From Alphaproteobacteria bacterium (lineage in GTDB: Bacteria > Pseudomonadota > Alphaproteobacteria > RF32 > CAG-239): a DNA stretch of 64,000 nt. Positions 10,028 through 20,278 of the stretch are shown piece by piece (within the stretch, counting starts at the first letter, position 1; each line of letters starts with the position of its first letter). The stretch covers positions 9,822 to 73,821 of the forward strand of contig JBGUWS010000019.1 of NCBI GenBank assembly GCA_045221335.1, in the 5' to 3' direction. The notes beneath the pieces are model-generated. The model was not told where the DNA came from. It did no database searches and saw nothing but the letters and a program-made list of their open reading frames with translations. The translations under genes and the position numbers were made by a program.

Positions 10028-12727
10028 TTAACAAGCTTTCTTACAGCAACACCCTTCTTTTGCAGCATCAATAGCTTTTGGCTGTCCTTTTTGCTTAACA
10101 GCAGCTTGAGCAGCAGCCAAACGAGCTACAGGTACACGGAAAGGAGAACAAGACACATAATCTAATCCGCAATGATTGAAAAAGTCAATAGATGCAGGAT
10201 CTCCACCATGTTCGCCACAAACACCCAGGTGAATATCTGGATTAGCTTTACGGCCGCATACACAAGCACGTTCAACCAACTTGCCAACACCTTCAACATC
10301 TATTGATGCAAACGGATCTGCAACATAAACACCTTTTGCTCTATAACAATCCAGAATTGCTCCTGTATCATCACGACTCATACCTAAAGTTGTTTGTGTC
10401 AAATCGTTTGTACCAAAACCAAAGAAGCCTGCTGTTTGCGCAATATTCTCGGCCTGTAAAGCAGCTCTCGGTAGTTCAATCATTGTACCAACAAGATACT
10501 TGATTTTCTTACCTTGTTCTGCAAATACTTTTTCTGCCGTCGTGTCAATAATATTTTTGCAAATATCTAACTCTTTCTTTGAACCAATCAAAGGAACTTC
10601 TATCTCTGGAATAACCTTAATTCCTTTTGCTTGACACTCTAAAGCTGCCTCTAAAATGGCACGTGTTTGCATTTCACAAATTTCTGGATAAGTAACAGCT
10701 AAACGACAACCACGATGTCCTAACATTGGGTTTAACTCGTGTAGCTTTTCAGCACGATTCTTAACATGAGCCAAAGTCATACCCATCTTATCCGCCAATT
10801 CTTTCATTTCTGCATCTGTATGCGGTAAAAATTCATGCAACGGCGGATCAAGTAAACGAACAGTTACTGGCAAACCATCCATAATTGTAAACAGGTCAAT
10901 AAAGTCCTGTTTTTGATATGGCAATAAACGGGCCAACGCTTTACGACGACCTTCTTCGTTATCAGATAAAATCATTGCACGCATATCAGCAATACGATTA
11001 GCATCAAAGAACATATGTTCTGTACGAGCCAAACCAATACCTTCCGCACCAAAATCACGAGCTTGTTTCGCATCTTTTGGGGTTTCAGCATTTGCGCGAA
11101 CTTTCATGGTTTTAATTTCATCAACCCATGTCATTAATTTACCGAAATTACCTGTCATTTCAACTTGAACTGTTGGGATCTTACCCTCGATAATTTGACC
11201 TTTACCGCCATCTAAAGATACCCAATCACCTTCTTTAATAACGACACCGGATTTTGTAGACATTGTCTTTGCTTTATAATCAATAACAATGTCGGTAGAA
11301 CCAGAAACACACGGTGTACCCATACCACGAGCCACAACAGCAGCGTGAGATGTCATACCTCCTCGTGCCGTTATAACACCTTGAGAGGCATGCATACCGC
11401 CAATATCTTCTGGACTTGTTTCATTACGAATAAGAATAACTTTCTCGCCTCTACCTGCCCATTCTTCAGCATCTTCAGCGCAGAACACCGCACGGCCAAC
11501 AGCGGCACCTGGAGAAGCAGGAAGACCTGTAGCAATAACGTTCTTCTTTGCTTTTGGATCAAGCATTGGGTGTAATAACTGATCTAGTTGATCAGCACCA
11601 ACACGCATAATGGCTTCTTCTTTTGTTAACATACCTTCTTCATACATTTCAACAGCCATACGAACAGCTGCAGCTGCTGTTCTCTTACCGTTACGACATT
11701 GCAACATCCAAAGCTTACCATGTTCAATAGTAAATTCCATATCTTGCATATCCTTGTAGTGAGCTTCGAGTTTATTACGGACGTCAACAAGCTCCTTATA
11801 CAAATGAGGCCAATTTTCTTCCAAAGAATTGCCTTTACCTTGTGAACCCATTGGTTGAGGTGTACGAATACCAGCAACAACGTCTTCACCTTGTGCATTG
11901 ACAAGATATTCACCATAATAAACGTTTTCACCTGTCGCAGGATCACGAGAAAAGCAAACACCTGTTGCACAATCATCACCGGCATTACCAAACACCATTG
12001 TTTGTACATTAACGGCTGTACCCCAGTCACCAGGAATATTATTTAATTTACGGTATGTAATCGCGCGCTCCACCATCCAAGAACCAAAAACGGCTCCAAT
12101 ACCTGCCCACAACTGATCCCAGGGATCTTGAGGAACAACTTTACCTATTTTCTGACCAATTTCTTTGTATTGCTTTACTAATTCTTTAAGGTCATCAGCC
12201 GTTAAATCTGTATCTGACTTATAGCCCTTAGATTTCTTCATATTTTCCAAGGCTTCTTCATATAATTCTAGATCTGCACCTAAAACAACATCTGAAAACA
12301 TTTGTAAAAAACGACGATAGGCATCATAAGCAAATCTTTCGCTTCCTGAAGCTTTAGCTAAAGCCTTGACTGTAACATCATTTAAACCAAGGTTCAAAAC
12401 AGTATCCATCATACCTGGCATAGAAACTCTTGCGCCAGAACGAACAGATACTAATAATGGGTTATTTTCATCTGCAAACTTTTTACCCATAATGCCTTCA
12501 ACATAAGAAAGAGCAGCACGAACTTGATCTTTCAAATCTGCAGGATAGGTCTTATTATTATTGTAGTAATATGTACAAACTTCTGTTGTTACTGTAAATC
12601 CTGGAGGAACAGGTAATCCAACTTTGTTCATCTCTGCCAAGTTAGCACCTTTACCGCCAAGTAGATTTCTCATAGAGGCATCGCCTTCAGCTTTGCCATC
12701 ACCAAACGTATATACCCATTTATTCAT
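10028..12727 (-). CDS. ppdK: pyruvate, phosphate dikinase
   Basis: 899 aa. It has an ATP-grasp N-domain, the central phospho-His region (GGMTSHAAVVARGMG) and a PEP-utilising C-terminal TIM barrel. The C-terminus has an unusual Cys-rich tail, EGCCCKKAC. Confidence 0.95.
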   Translation of the reverse strand: MNKWVYTFGDGKAEGDASMRNLLGGKGANLAEMNKVGLPVPPGFTVTTEVCTYYYNNNKTYPADLKDQVRAALSYVEGIMGKKFADENNPLLVSVRSGARVSMPGMMDTVLNLGLNDVTVKALAKASGSERFAYDAYRRFLQMFSDVVLGADLELYEEALENMKKSKGYKSDTDLTADDLKELVKQYKEIGQKIGKVVPQDPWDQLWAGIGAVFGSWMVERAITYRKLNNIPGDWGTAVNVQTMVFGNAGDDCATGVCFSRDPATGENVYYGEYLVNAQGEDVVAGIRTPQPMGSQGKGNSLEENWPHLYKELVDVRNKLEAHYKDMQDMEFTIEHGKLWMLQCRNGKRTAAAAVRMAVEMYEEGMLTKEEAIMRVGADQLDQLLHPMLDPKAKKNVIATGLPASPGAAVGRAVFCAEDAEEWAGRGEKVILIRNETSPEDIGGMHASQGVITARGGMTSHAAVVARGMGTPCVSGSTDIVIDYKAKTMSTKSGVVIKEGDWVSLDGGKGQIIEGKIPTVQVEMTGNFGKLMTWVDEIKTMKVRANAETPKDAKQARDFGAEGIGLARTEHMFFDANRIADMRAMILSDNEEGRRKALARLLPYQKQDFIDLFTIMDGLPVTVRLLDPPLHEFLPHTDAEMKELADKMGMTLAHVKNRAEKLHELNPMLGHRGCRLAVTYPEICEMQTRAILEAALECQAKGIKVIPEIEVPLIGSKKELDICKNIIDTTAEKVFAEQGKKIKYLVGTMIELPRAALQAENIAQTAGFFGFGTNDLTQTTLGMSRDDTGAILDCYRAKGVYVADPFASIDVEGVGKLVERACVCGRKANPDIHLGVCGEHGGDPASIDFFNHCGLDYVSCSPFRVPVARLAAAQAAVKQKGQPKAIDAAKEGCCCKKAC

Positions 12728-12983
12728 GGTTTATCAGCTCCTACTAGCTTAAAATAAGTTAAAACAAACACAACAAAACAAACGTCTTGTTATAACAGAA
12801 CAAAAATTCTGCGGTAAATTTATAACAATAAAATAGAATATTCAAGCAAAAATTTGTTTTTCTTACTTTAAATTCAAGAAGATATTTGTTCCTTATAGTG
12901 TTTACTTTATATTAAACTTTTTATTATAGTATACGCTTGAAATGTTATATTCTTTTTTAGCTCTTAAAAAAAGGAAATTTGAA

Positions 12984-13778
12984 ATGAAAAATACCATATT
13001 ATTTTTAAGCATTTTTTTTGTTTTTACAATAAATATTGCTAACGCATCGTATTATAACAATAATACCTATCAATTAAATAATCAAAATTCTACTATAAAA
13101 CAACCTGATTACTATCAGGATTCTTATCATAAGACAAGAAGTATCAGACCTTATATAGGTATTGAATTTGACAGCTTAAAAAGTAATTATAGTTCTAAAG
13201 ATGGTTATTTTAAGAATAATGATAGGCTTTATTTCAGAGATACAACCTTTGGTGCATCTGGTATTCTTGGTCTCAGATTTTATAAACATTTCGGAGTAGA
13301 AGGATTTTACAAACAAACTTTCAGTGAAAGTAAGAAGAATACCGCTAACTTTGATGTACCTGTTGACAGCTATGGTCATCGTACAAGTGATGAGGAAGCC
13401 ACTCAATATGTTGGTGGCCAGAAAGAAACAGAAGGTACCTCTCTATTAAGTGCTTATGGTATTGATTTTATTGGATATTTACCATTAAACCAACAACTTG
13501 AATTATTAGCTTCAGTAGGTATTGGGCAATATGACTTTGAAATGCGCCGTAAATATTCTGAACATTATACACGTCTACAGGGTGGTTATTATTATGATAA
13601 TCAATACAGCTCAAACAAAGATTTTGATTCAGCAGGTATTCGTATAGGTCTTGGTTTACAATATACTTTAGAAGATCTTATAGCTTTTCGTGGTATGGTA
13701 CACTATGTTAAATTATCAGATGATGATTATGTAAAAGATCTAATGGAATTATCTTTAGGTGTTTATTACCTGTTCTAA
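12984..13778 (+). CDS. outer-membrane beta-barrel protein (OmpA/Omp25-like OMP_b-brl)
   Basis: It has a signal peptide (MKNTILFLSIFFVFTINIANA) and alternating amphipathic beta strands, and ends in an aromatic residue (VYYLF). The start is placed at the ATG after an AAGGAAA-like RBS. Confidence 0.6.
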   Translation: MKNTILFLSIFFVFTINIANASYYNNNTYQLNNQNSTIKQPDYYQDSYHKTRSIRPYIGIEFDSLKSNYSSKDGYFKNNDRLYFRDTTFGASGILGLRFYKHFGVEGFYKQTFSESKKNTANFDVPVDSYGHRTSDEEATQYVGGQKETEGTSLLSAYGIDFIGYLPLNQQLELLASVGIGQYDFEMRRKYSEHYTRLQGGYYYDNQYSSNKDFDSAGIRIGLGLQYTLEDLIAFRGMVHYVKLSDDDYVKDLMELSLGVYYLF

Positions 13779-13784
13779 TAAAAA

Positions 13785-14489
13785 TTACATACTCACTACT
13801 GCACTATGTCTATAACCTGTATGGTTTTCATATCTGTATGAGAAAAACAACTTTTCTCCACACGCTGTACAATATGGACAAACATCTATTTGCTCAACAC
13901 CACTTTCTATAAGTTGTTGTTTATTAATGCCTTTTAAATCTACAAAAAATTTATCATTACTTTTTTCAAATAAACCTTGTGGATTTATAATTGTTTCATA
14001 AAGTTTCTGATAGACATCTTCTCCAACATTATAACAGTTTTTACAAATTGCTGGACCTATAATAACTTTAATATCTTTCGGATTAAAACTATAATCATCT
14101 ATCAATCTTTTAACTGAAACTTTTGCCATTTTTTGTACTGTACCATCCCATCCGGCATGAGATATCATAGCTATTTTATTACAATAAAAAATAAGTGGAA
14201 CACAATCACCAAAATTCATAAAAGCGGCACCTTGATTTTCAATCAACAAACCATCTGTATTTTCATAAACTTTTTTATCTTCAATAACTTTTGCAATATG
14301 AATACCATGTACTGGTTTATTACACGCCGGAATTTTTCCTAAATAATCAATTAGTATTCTTTGATTTACTGACATATCTTCTTCTTTAGAATACAAACAA
14401 AATTCCCTTGTGGTAAAAAAACAATCTATTTCTTTAATAAAGTCAGAACGTACAATCTTTTTATTTTTTATATTATCAATATAAAACAC
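13785..14489 (-). CDS. pgeF: peptidoglycan editing factor PgeF (YfiH / DUF152 laccase-domain protein)
   Basis: It carries the conserved HAGW(D/R)G, CTxC and FFSYR motifs of the YfiH family. Confidence 0.8.
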   Translation of the reverse strand: MFYIDNIKNKKIVRSDFIKEIDCFFTTREFCLYSKEEDMSVNQRILIDYLGKIPACNKPVHGIHIAKVIEDKKVYENTDGLLIENQGAAFMNFGDCVPLIFYCNKIAMISHAGWDGTVQKMAKVSVKRLIDDYSFNPKDIKVIIGPAICKNCYNVGEDVYQKLYETIINPQGLFEKSNDKFFVDLKGINKQQLIESGVEQIDVCPYCTACGEKLFFSYRYENHTGYRHSAVVSM

Positions 14490-15199
14490 TATTCACTCCC
14501 TTTCACTTCATCTGCAATCCATAATGCAGATTTGATCTTGTTTTTTAAAAAAGAATGATGTGCCTCTTTTTCTTCATCTGTTAAAGCAAAAATTCGTGGT
14601 TCATGAAAAGTCTTCTTAAATTCAATGACAGAATATTTATCATTTTGTATAACAGTATTTAAATTCATTGTTGGCTCTGCACCACCTAATAATTCTAAAT
14701 AAACTTCTGCTAAAAGCTGAGCATCAAGAAGCGCACCATGAAAAGTACGTGCAGAATTATCTATATTAAAGCGCTTACAAAGAGCATCAAGATTATTTCT
14801 TTGCCCTGGAAACTTATTCTTAGCAATTTCTAGTGTATCAACAACTCTGTCCCATTTATATTCTTTATATCCTAATTTTTGAAGTTCATAATTAATAAAT
14901 TTCATATCAAAAGCAGCATTATGAGCAACTAGTATACCATCTTCACCTATAAAATCCACCCATTCTTGTGCTATATTTTCAAAAATTGGAAATTTTTTTA
15001 GATATTCCGTTGTTAAACCATGAACCTTAACAACCTCCTCTGGAACATCTCTATCAGGATTAATGTACTGATGATAAGTTTTCCCAGTTGGTACATGATT
15101 AATCAATTCCACAGCACCTATTTCAACTAATCTATCCCCTGTTTCTGGATCAAAACCTGTCGTTTCAGTATCAAAAACAATTTCTCTTATATTATTCAT
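14489..15199 (-). CDS. dnaQ: DNA polymerase III epsilon subunit (3'-5' exonuclease)
   Basis: It has the Exo I motif (VFDTETTG), Exo II (HNAAFD) and Exo III (HGALLDA). Confidence 0.9.
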   Translation of the reverse strand: MNNIREIVFDTETTGFDPETGDRLVEIGAVELINHVPTGKTYHQYINPDRDVPEEVVKVHGLTTEYLKKFPIFENIAQEWVDFIGEDGILVAHNAAFDMKFINYELQKLGYKEYKWDRVVDTLEIAKNKFPGQRNNLDALCKRFNIDNSARTFHGALLDAQLLAEVYLELLGGAEPTMNLNTVIQNDKYSVIEFKKTFHEPRIFALTDEEKEAHHSFLKNKIKSALWIADEVKGSE

Positions 15200-15776
15200 A
15201 ACCTTTCAAACTTTCTAAAAAATCAAAAACATATTTTTTTAATTTAACCTTTTCTACACCTGTATTTATTATAAAATCAACTTTTTCTCTTTTTTCATTC
15301 ATAGACATTTGTAATTTATTAATTTTATAAAATTCTTCCTCTGTTATATTATCCCTTTCCATTACTCTATTTTTTTGTGTTTCCTCATCAACATCAGCTA
15401 ATAAAATAAAATCAAAATATTTATCCCATTTCATCTCAAAAAGTAAGGCAACATCTACAAAAACAAACCCTTCATCCTTATTCTTACGAATAATTTTACG
15501 AAGTTTTTTTTCTAAAAAGGGATGTATAAGACCTTCTAAAATTTTAAGTTTTTTAACATCATTAAAAACAAGTGTTCTTAATTTTCTTTTATTAAAAATA
15601 TTCTCTGCAAAAACTTGAGGAAAATATTCTTTTATAATTTCTAAAAAATCTTTATTATAATACAAATATTTCACCCATTTATCTATATCATAAACAAGAT
15701 AACCTTGTTTTCTTAAAATATCTGATAATGTTGTTTTACCACACCCTATAGAACCTGTTATAGCTGTAAAAATCAT
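15192..15776 (-). CDS. coaE: dephospho-CoA kinase
   Basis: It has the P-loop TGSIGCGKTT at the N-terminus. The start is placed at MIFTAITG, preceded by a GAGGA RBS; the longer ORF-track start at 15803 is unlikely. Confidence 0.85.
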   Translation of the reverse strand: MIFTAITGSIGCGKTTLSDILRKQGYLVYDIDKWVKYLYYNKDFLEIIKEYFPQVFAENIFNKRKLRTLVFNDVKKLKILEGLIHPFLEKKLRKIIRKNKDEGFVFVDVALLFEMKWDKYFDFILLADVDEETQKNRVMERDNITEEEFYKINKLQMSMNEKREKVDFIINTGVEKVKLKKYVFDFLESLKGYE

Positions 15777-16157
15777 ATCTTCCTCTTTTTTTATTATACA
15801 CAACTTGAAACTAGTTTGTGTATAATTATATTAAAACAAAACTATATAAAAAATTAATCCTCATATATAAAAAAATAAACTAATATTTACACACATAGTA
15901 TAAAATAATATCCACTTATGTAAATTATGGGGATAATTATATTTTATTAACACCAATCATCTTTACCTAATATATTGATTAGAAAAAGTTTTTTATACTA
16001 CTACACAACTTTTTCAACAACACATTCAAATCTGTTTATATCTACATTAACTATTTTTTTATAAACAATATTAACATTCTTAAACAAATAACAATAAAAA
16101 AATAATATATATTTTTAAAGAAAAAATCATGTGTACAAATTAAAGTTAGGAAATAAA

Positions 16158-16185
16158 TTGACATCTCAAAAAAATAATATATAAC
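16158..16185 (+). promoter_or_regulatory. candidate sigma70 promoter for rho
   Basis: TTGACA (16158-16163), a 16-nt spacer, then TATAAC (16180-16185), about 37 nt upstream of the rho ATG. It sits within an approximately 85 % AT 445-bp leader. Confidence 0.25.
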
Positions 16186-16221
16186 CTAATTATATTTATA
16201 AATTTCACAAATAGGTTTCCC

Positions 16222-17475
16222 ATGCATTTAAAAGAATTAAAAGACAAATCTCCTCAAGAGTTATTAGATCAGGCGGAAGAATTAGGTGTTGAAGATGCCT
16301 CTTCTATGCGTGTACAGGATTTAATCTTCGCAATTATGAAAAAAGTTGCTGAAGATGATAATGTAATACACGGTGATGGTGTTATTGAAGTTATGCAAGA
16401 CGGTTTTGGTTTCTTAAGATCAGCTCAGTCAAATTATTTAGCATCAGCCGATGATATATATGTTTCTCCTCAACAAGTAAAGAAATATGGTTTAAGAACC
16501 GGTGATACAGTAGAAGGTGAAATTCGTGCACCAAAAGAAAATGAAAGATATTTTGCTTTAACAAAAATTAATACTATTAATTATGATGATCCTGAAAAAT
16601 CTAAATTACGTGTTAATTTTGATAATTTAACTCCTCTTTATCCTACAAAGAAATTAAATTTTGATATTATTTGTGGTGAAAAAGATTATACTACTCGTGT
16701 AATAGATTTAATTTCACCTCAAGGAAAAGGTCAAAGAGGTTTAATTGTTGCACCGCCTCGTACCGGTAAGACTGTTATGTTACAAAATATAGCACATGCA
16801 ATAGCAACAAATCATCCGGAAGTTTTTCTAATAGTTTTACTTATAGATGAAAGACCAGAAGAAGTAACAGATATGACACGTTCTGTTAAAGGTGAAGTAA
16901 TATCTTCAACATTTGATGAACCAGCGACACGTCATGTTCAAGTTGCTGAAATGGTTATAGAAAAAGCTAAACGCTTAGTTGAGACTAAAAAAGATGTTGT
17001 AATTTTACTTGATTCTATCACTCGTTTAGGTCGTGCATATAATACTGTTGTTCCTTCATCAGGTAAAGTTTTAACCGGTGGTGTAGATGCAAATGCTCTT
17101 CAGCGTCCAAAAAGATTATTAGGTGCTGCACGTAATGTCGAAGAAGGTGGTTCTTTAACAATTATAGCAACAGCTTTAATTGATACTGGTTCCAGAATGG
17201 ATGAAGTTATTTTTGAGGAATTTAAAGGTACAGGTAATTCAGAAATCATATTAGATAGAAAATTAACTGATAAACGTCTGTTTCCGACAATAGATATAAC
17301 TCGTTCTGGCACACGTAAAGAAGAACTTTTAGTTGATAAGAATACTTTAACTAAAATGTGGGTTCTTCGTCGTGTACTAATGCAAATGGGTTTAACAGAT
17401 GGTATGGAATTCTTACTTGAAAAACTTCGTAATACAAAAGACAATCAAGACTTTTTTGATACGATGAATAGTTAA
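16222..17475 (+). CDS. rho: transcription termination factor Rho
   Basis: 417 aa with an N-terminal OB/RNA-binding domain and the Walker A motif [12 protein letters not shown]. Full length. Confidence 0.95.
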   Translation: MHLKELKDKSPQELLDQAEELGVEDASSMRVQDLIFAIMKKVAEDDNVIHGDGVIEVMQDGFGFLRSAQSNYLASADDIYVSPQQVKKYGLRTGDTVEGEIRAPKENERYFALTKINTINYDDPEKSKLRVNFDNLTPLYPTKKLNFDIICGEKDYTTRVIDLISPQGKGQRGLIVAPPRTGKTVMLQNIAHAIATNHPEVFLIVLLIDERPEEVTDMTRSVKGEVISSTFDEPATRHVQVAEMVIEKAKRLVETKKDVVILLDSITRLGRAYNTVVPSSGKVLTGGVDANALQRPKRLLGAARNVEEGGSLTIIATALIDTGSRMDEVIFEEFKGTGNSEIILDRKLTDKRLFPTIDITRSGTRKEELLVDKNTLTKMWVLRRVLMQMGLTDGMEFLLEKLRNTKDNQDFFDTMNS

Positions 17476-17497
17476 TATTTAATAATTAATAATCAAA

Positions 17498-17534
17498 AGA
17501 GGATTGTTATTCATAATAACAATCCTCTTTTTTA
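17498..17534 (+). terminator. bidirectional rho-independent terminator between rho and a minus-strand membrane-protein gene
   Basis: Perfect 14-bp stem agaggattgttatt/aataacaatcctct with loop cat, followed by TTTTTT on the plus strand and a short U run on the minus strand. Confidence 0.75.
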
Positions 17535-17553
17535 TCAAAGTTTTTTATTTGAT

Positions 17554-18054
17554 CTAAATTATCAATAATATAATCATAAAAAAGAGAATAAAAACAACAT
17601 AAAAACTAATACCGTTAAGACAAGTAAGATTACCTGTAGTACAAGAAAAACCTTCTTTATTACGTGTTAGCTTAAAGTAATAAGATATTAAAGAAGAATA
17701 TCTTATTAAAAGCGCAGAAATAAAGAAAGCTACACCTACAAAAGCATAACAGGTTCCTTTTTCATATTGAAAAACAAGATAAGGAGATATAATCATAAAC
17801 ATTGTATAATTAATAAATCCCCAACCTAAACACGTTCGAATTTGTTCAATATTTACCGTTGCAGTTCCAAACAAACTGATAGCAACAATAAAAGAACTAA
17901 AAAAAGCAAGGATTAGTAGGAACAAATTATACTCCAAGAAAGGAGCTATAATCACCGCAAGAACAATTGAAAACAAAAGGAACAATGAACTGCGGCCAGA
18001 AATGGTAGAGATACAAAATATTTCTCTGACGTTTGGTAATAATTGTGTAAACAT
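17554..18054 (-). CDS. hypothetical membrane protein
   Basis: 166 aa with about 5 TM helices and no recognisable motif. Confidence 0.45.
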   Translation of the reverse strand: MFTQLLPNVREIFCISTISGRSSLFLLFSIVLAVIIAPFLEYNLFLLILAFFSSFIVAISLFGTATVNIEQIRTCLGWGFINYTMFMIISPYLVFQYEKGTCYAFVGVAFFISALLIRYSSLISYYFKLTRNKEGFSCTTGNLTCLNGISFYVVFILFFMIILLII

Positions 18055-18135
18055 AAGGATACAAAATTAATAATTAATGATTAATAAAAGAGTATAAATA
18101 CATAAAATGAAAGTCAATAAAATATTTTAATTTAA

Positions 18136-18819
18136 TTATTTAAAACAGTTAAGAGACAACAATATTTTTTCAATTTCTTTCATATCAAAACAAATATTTT
18201 TAACTCCAATTTCTTTTACTCTGTTGATATAATCGTTATTTTTATACATATCGCTGCCTAAAAAAGCTAATAAATCAATCCCTGCTTTTTGTGCTGCAAG
18301 CATACCAACAATAGAATCTTCCACGATAATACAATCCTCTTTTTTCTCTCCCATTTTTTGTGCTGCTATAAGAAACAAATCAGGCTCAGGTTTACCTTTT
18401 TGAACCAAATCAGCTGTAAAAACATTGTTTTCATTAAAATATTTTTTCCAAAAACCTATAAGTTCAAGTTTAATAATTGTCTTTTCTTTTGCCCCACTGG
18501 TAGCTATACATTGTTTAATTTTTAAACTTTTAATAATGTTTTCAACACCGGGAGTAATGTCTAATCCGTCGCGACAAATAACCTTTTTATCAATCTCTAA
18601 TTGATCATCCCAAAAAGCATCATCTGTTACATATCCTAAAGAATCTAAAACCTCTTTTTTTGTTTTATCATTCATACCACCAAGATATTTATTTACAGTT
18701 TGAAAATCCCAATCTAAGTTGAATTTTTTATTAATACTTTCTTGGCGATTTTTTAACCATATTTTTTCACTGTCGGCAATAACACCATCAAAATCCCAAA
18801 TAACCAATTTTTTCTTCAT
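18136..18819 (-). CDS. HAD-IA family hydrolase (phosphatase/beta-phosphoglucomutase-like)
   Basis: It has motif I (VIWDFDGVIADSE), motif II (ATSG), and a Lys plus DxxxG-like motif III (EDSIVG). Confidence 0.75.
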   Translation of the reverse strand: MKKKLVIWDFDGVIADSEKIWLKNRQESINKKFNLDWDFQTVNKYLGGMNDKTKKEVLDSLGYVTDDAFWDDQLEIDKKVICRDGLDITPGVENIIKSLKIKQCIATSGAKEKTIIKLELIGFWKKYFNENNVFTADLVQKGKPEPDLFLIAAQKMGEKKEDCIIVEDSIVGMLAAQKAGIDLLAFLGSDMYKNNDYINRVKEIGVKNICFDMKEIEKILLSLNCFK

Positions 18820-18940
18820 TTTTTATATCCTTGTTGTTTCTTCCTATATATTTCTAATATATAACAGTTAAAATTTATTTATTATATTAGTGTTTGACTA
18901 TTTAAAACACTTTTGATAGATAAATGTTAAGAGGTAAAAT

Positions 18941-20278
18941 ATGGATAATAAAACAATATATGCTTTATCAACGGCTTATGGACGATCTGGTGTGGCTGTT
19001 ATTCGTGTATCTGGTTCACAGGTAAAGCAAATTATAAAACAAATAACAGATATTGATATAAGGAATATAAAAGCAAGATATGTTTATTTTGTAGATTTAA
19101 AAGATAATGTTACACGTGAAACAATAGATAAATGTTTGATTATATATTTTAAAAATCCTCAATCTTTTACAGGAGAAGATGTTTTAGAAATACAATGTCA
19201 TGGTTCTAAAGCGGTTTTAAACAGTGTATTTAAAGTGTTAAGTTCTTTTGAAAATGTAAGAATAGCTGAACCCGGAGAATTTTCTAAACGTGCATTTTAT
19301 AATAACAAAATGGATTTAACAGAAGCTGAAGGATTGGCAGATTTAATAGATGCAGAAACATCAGAACAGCAAAAATATGCAATACGTCAAATGGAAGGAA
19401 ATTTAAGAAGTTTATATAATTCATGGAGAAAGGATCTTATAAAAGTTTTATCTTATATTGAAGCTTATATTGATTTTCCGGAAGAAGATGTATCAGACAG
19501 TATTTCTAATAATATTTTAAACACTGTATTTAAAGTAAAGAAAGAAATAAAGGAGCATATAAATAATAACAACGTTTGTAAACAATTAAAAGAAGGTTTT
19601 CAAATTGTTGTCGCTGGTGCAACCAATGCCGGTAAATCTAGTTTAATAAACGCATTAACAAATAAAAAAACAATGATAGTGTCTAATATTGCAGGGACAA
19701 CAAGAGATGCCGTAGATGTTAATATGGATATAGGAGGTTATCCTGTTGTTATAACAGATACTGCAGGTATAAGAAAAACCAAAAATACTATTGAAAAAAT
19801 AGGTGTAAAAGCTGCATTAGAAAAAATAAAGAATGCCGATGCTGTAATTGCTATTTATGATGCTTCTTTAGGATATTTTAATAACGATGTTTTACCAAAA
19901 AATATAAAAGACATTATATACGTGGCAAACAAAGTGGATAAAATTTCTAGTAAGAGAAAGGCAGAAATAAGTAAAAACAAACATATTTTAATATCAGCCA
20001 AATATAATGAAGGAATAGACGCTGTTGTTTCCAAAATAAAGGAAAAAATAGAGAAAAATTTTTTATCTTCATCAAATTATTTAATTACTAGAGAAAGATA
20101 CAAAGAAGCCCTAAAAGAATGTTTAGAAAGCCTCAATAAGTTTTCTTTAAATAAAGAAATAGAGCTTGCAGCAGAAGATATAAGATTAGCATGTAGAAGT
20201 ATTGGTATAATTACCGGAGAAGTAAAAGTATCAGAAGTTTTGGATAATATATTCAGTAGTTTTTGTATTGGAAAATAA
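18941..20278 (+). CDS. mnmE: tRNA modification GTPase MnmE
   Basis: It has a G-domain (GATNAGKSSLINAL, DTAGIR) and the C-terminal CIGK tetrapeptide diagnostic of MnmE/TrmE. Confidence 0.95.
   Translation: MDNKTIYALSTAYGRSGVAVIRVSGSQVKQIIKQITDIDIRNIKARYVYFVDLKDNVTRETIDKCLIIYFKNPQSFTGEDVLEIQCHGSKAVLNSVFKVLSSFENVRIAEPGEFSKRAFYNNKMDLTEAEGLADLIDAETSEQQKYAIRQMEGNLRSLYNSWRKDLIKVLSYIEAYIDFPEEDVSDSISNNILNTVFKVKKEIKEHINNNNVCKQLKEGFQIVVAGATNAGKSSLINALTNKKTMIVSNIAGTTRDAVDVNMDIGGYPVVITDTAGIRKTKNTIEKIGVKAALEKIKNADAVIAIYDASLGYFNNDVLPKNIKDIIYVANKVDKISSKRKAEISKNKHILISAKYNEGIDAVVSKIKEKIEKNFLSSSNYLITRERYKEALKECLESLNKFSLNKEIELAAEDIRLACRSIGIITGEVKVSEVLDNIFSSFCIGK
19108..19123. promoter_or_regulatory. parS-like site (1 mismatch) inside mnmE
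   Basis: TGTTACACGTGAAACA compared with the palindromic parS consensus TGTTTCACGTGAAACA. Confidence 0.5.
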
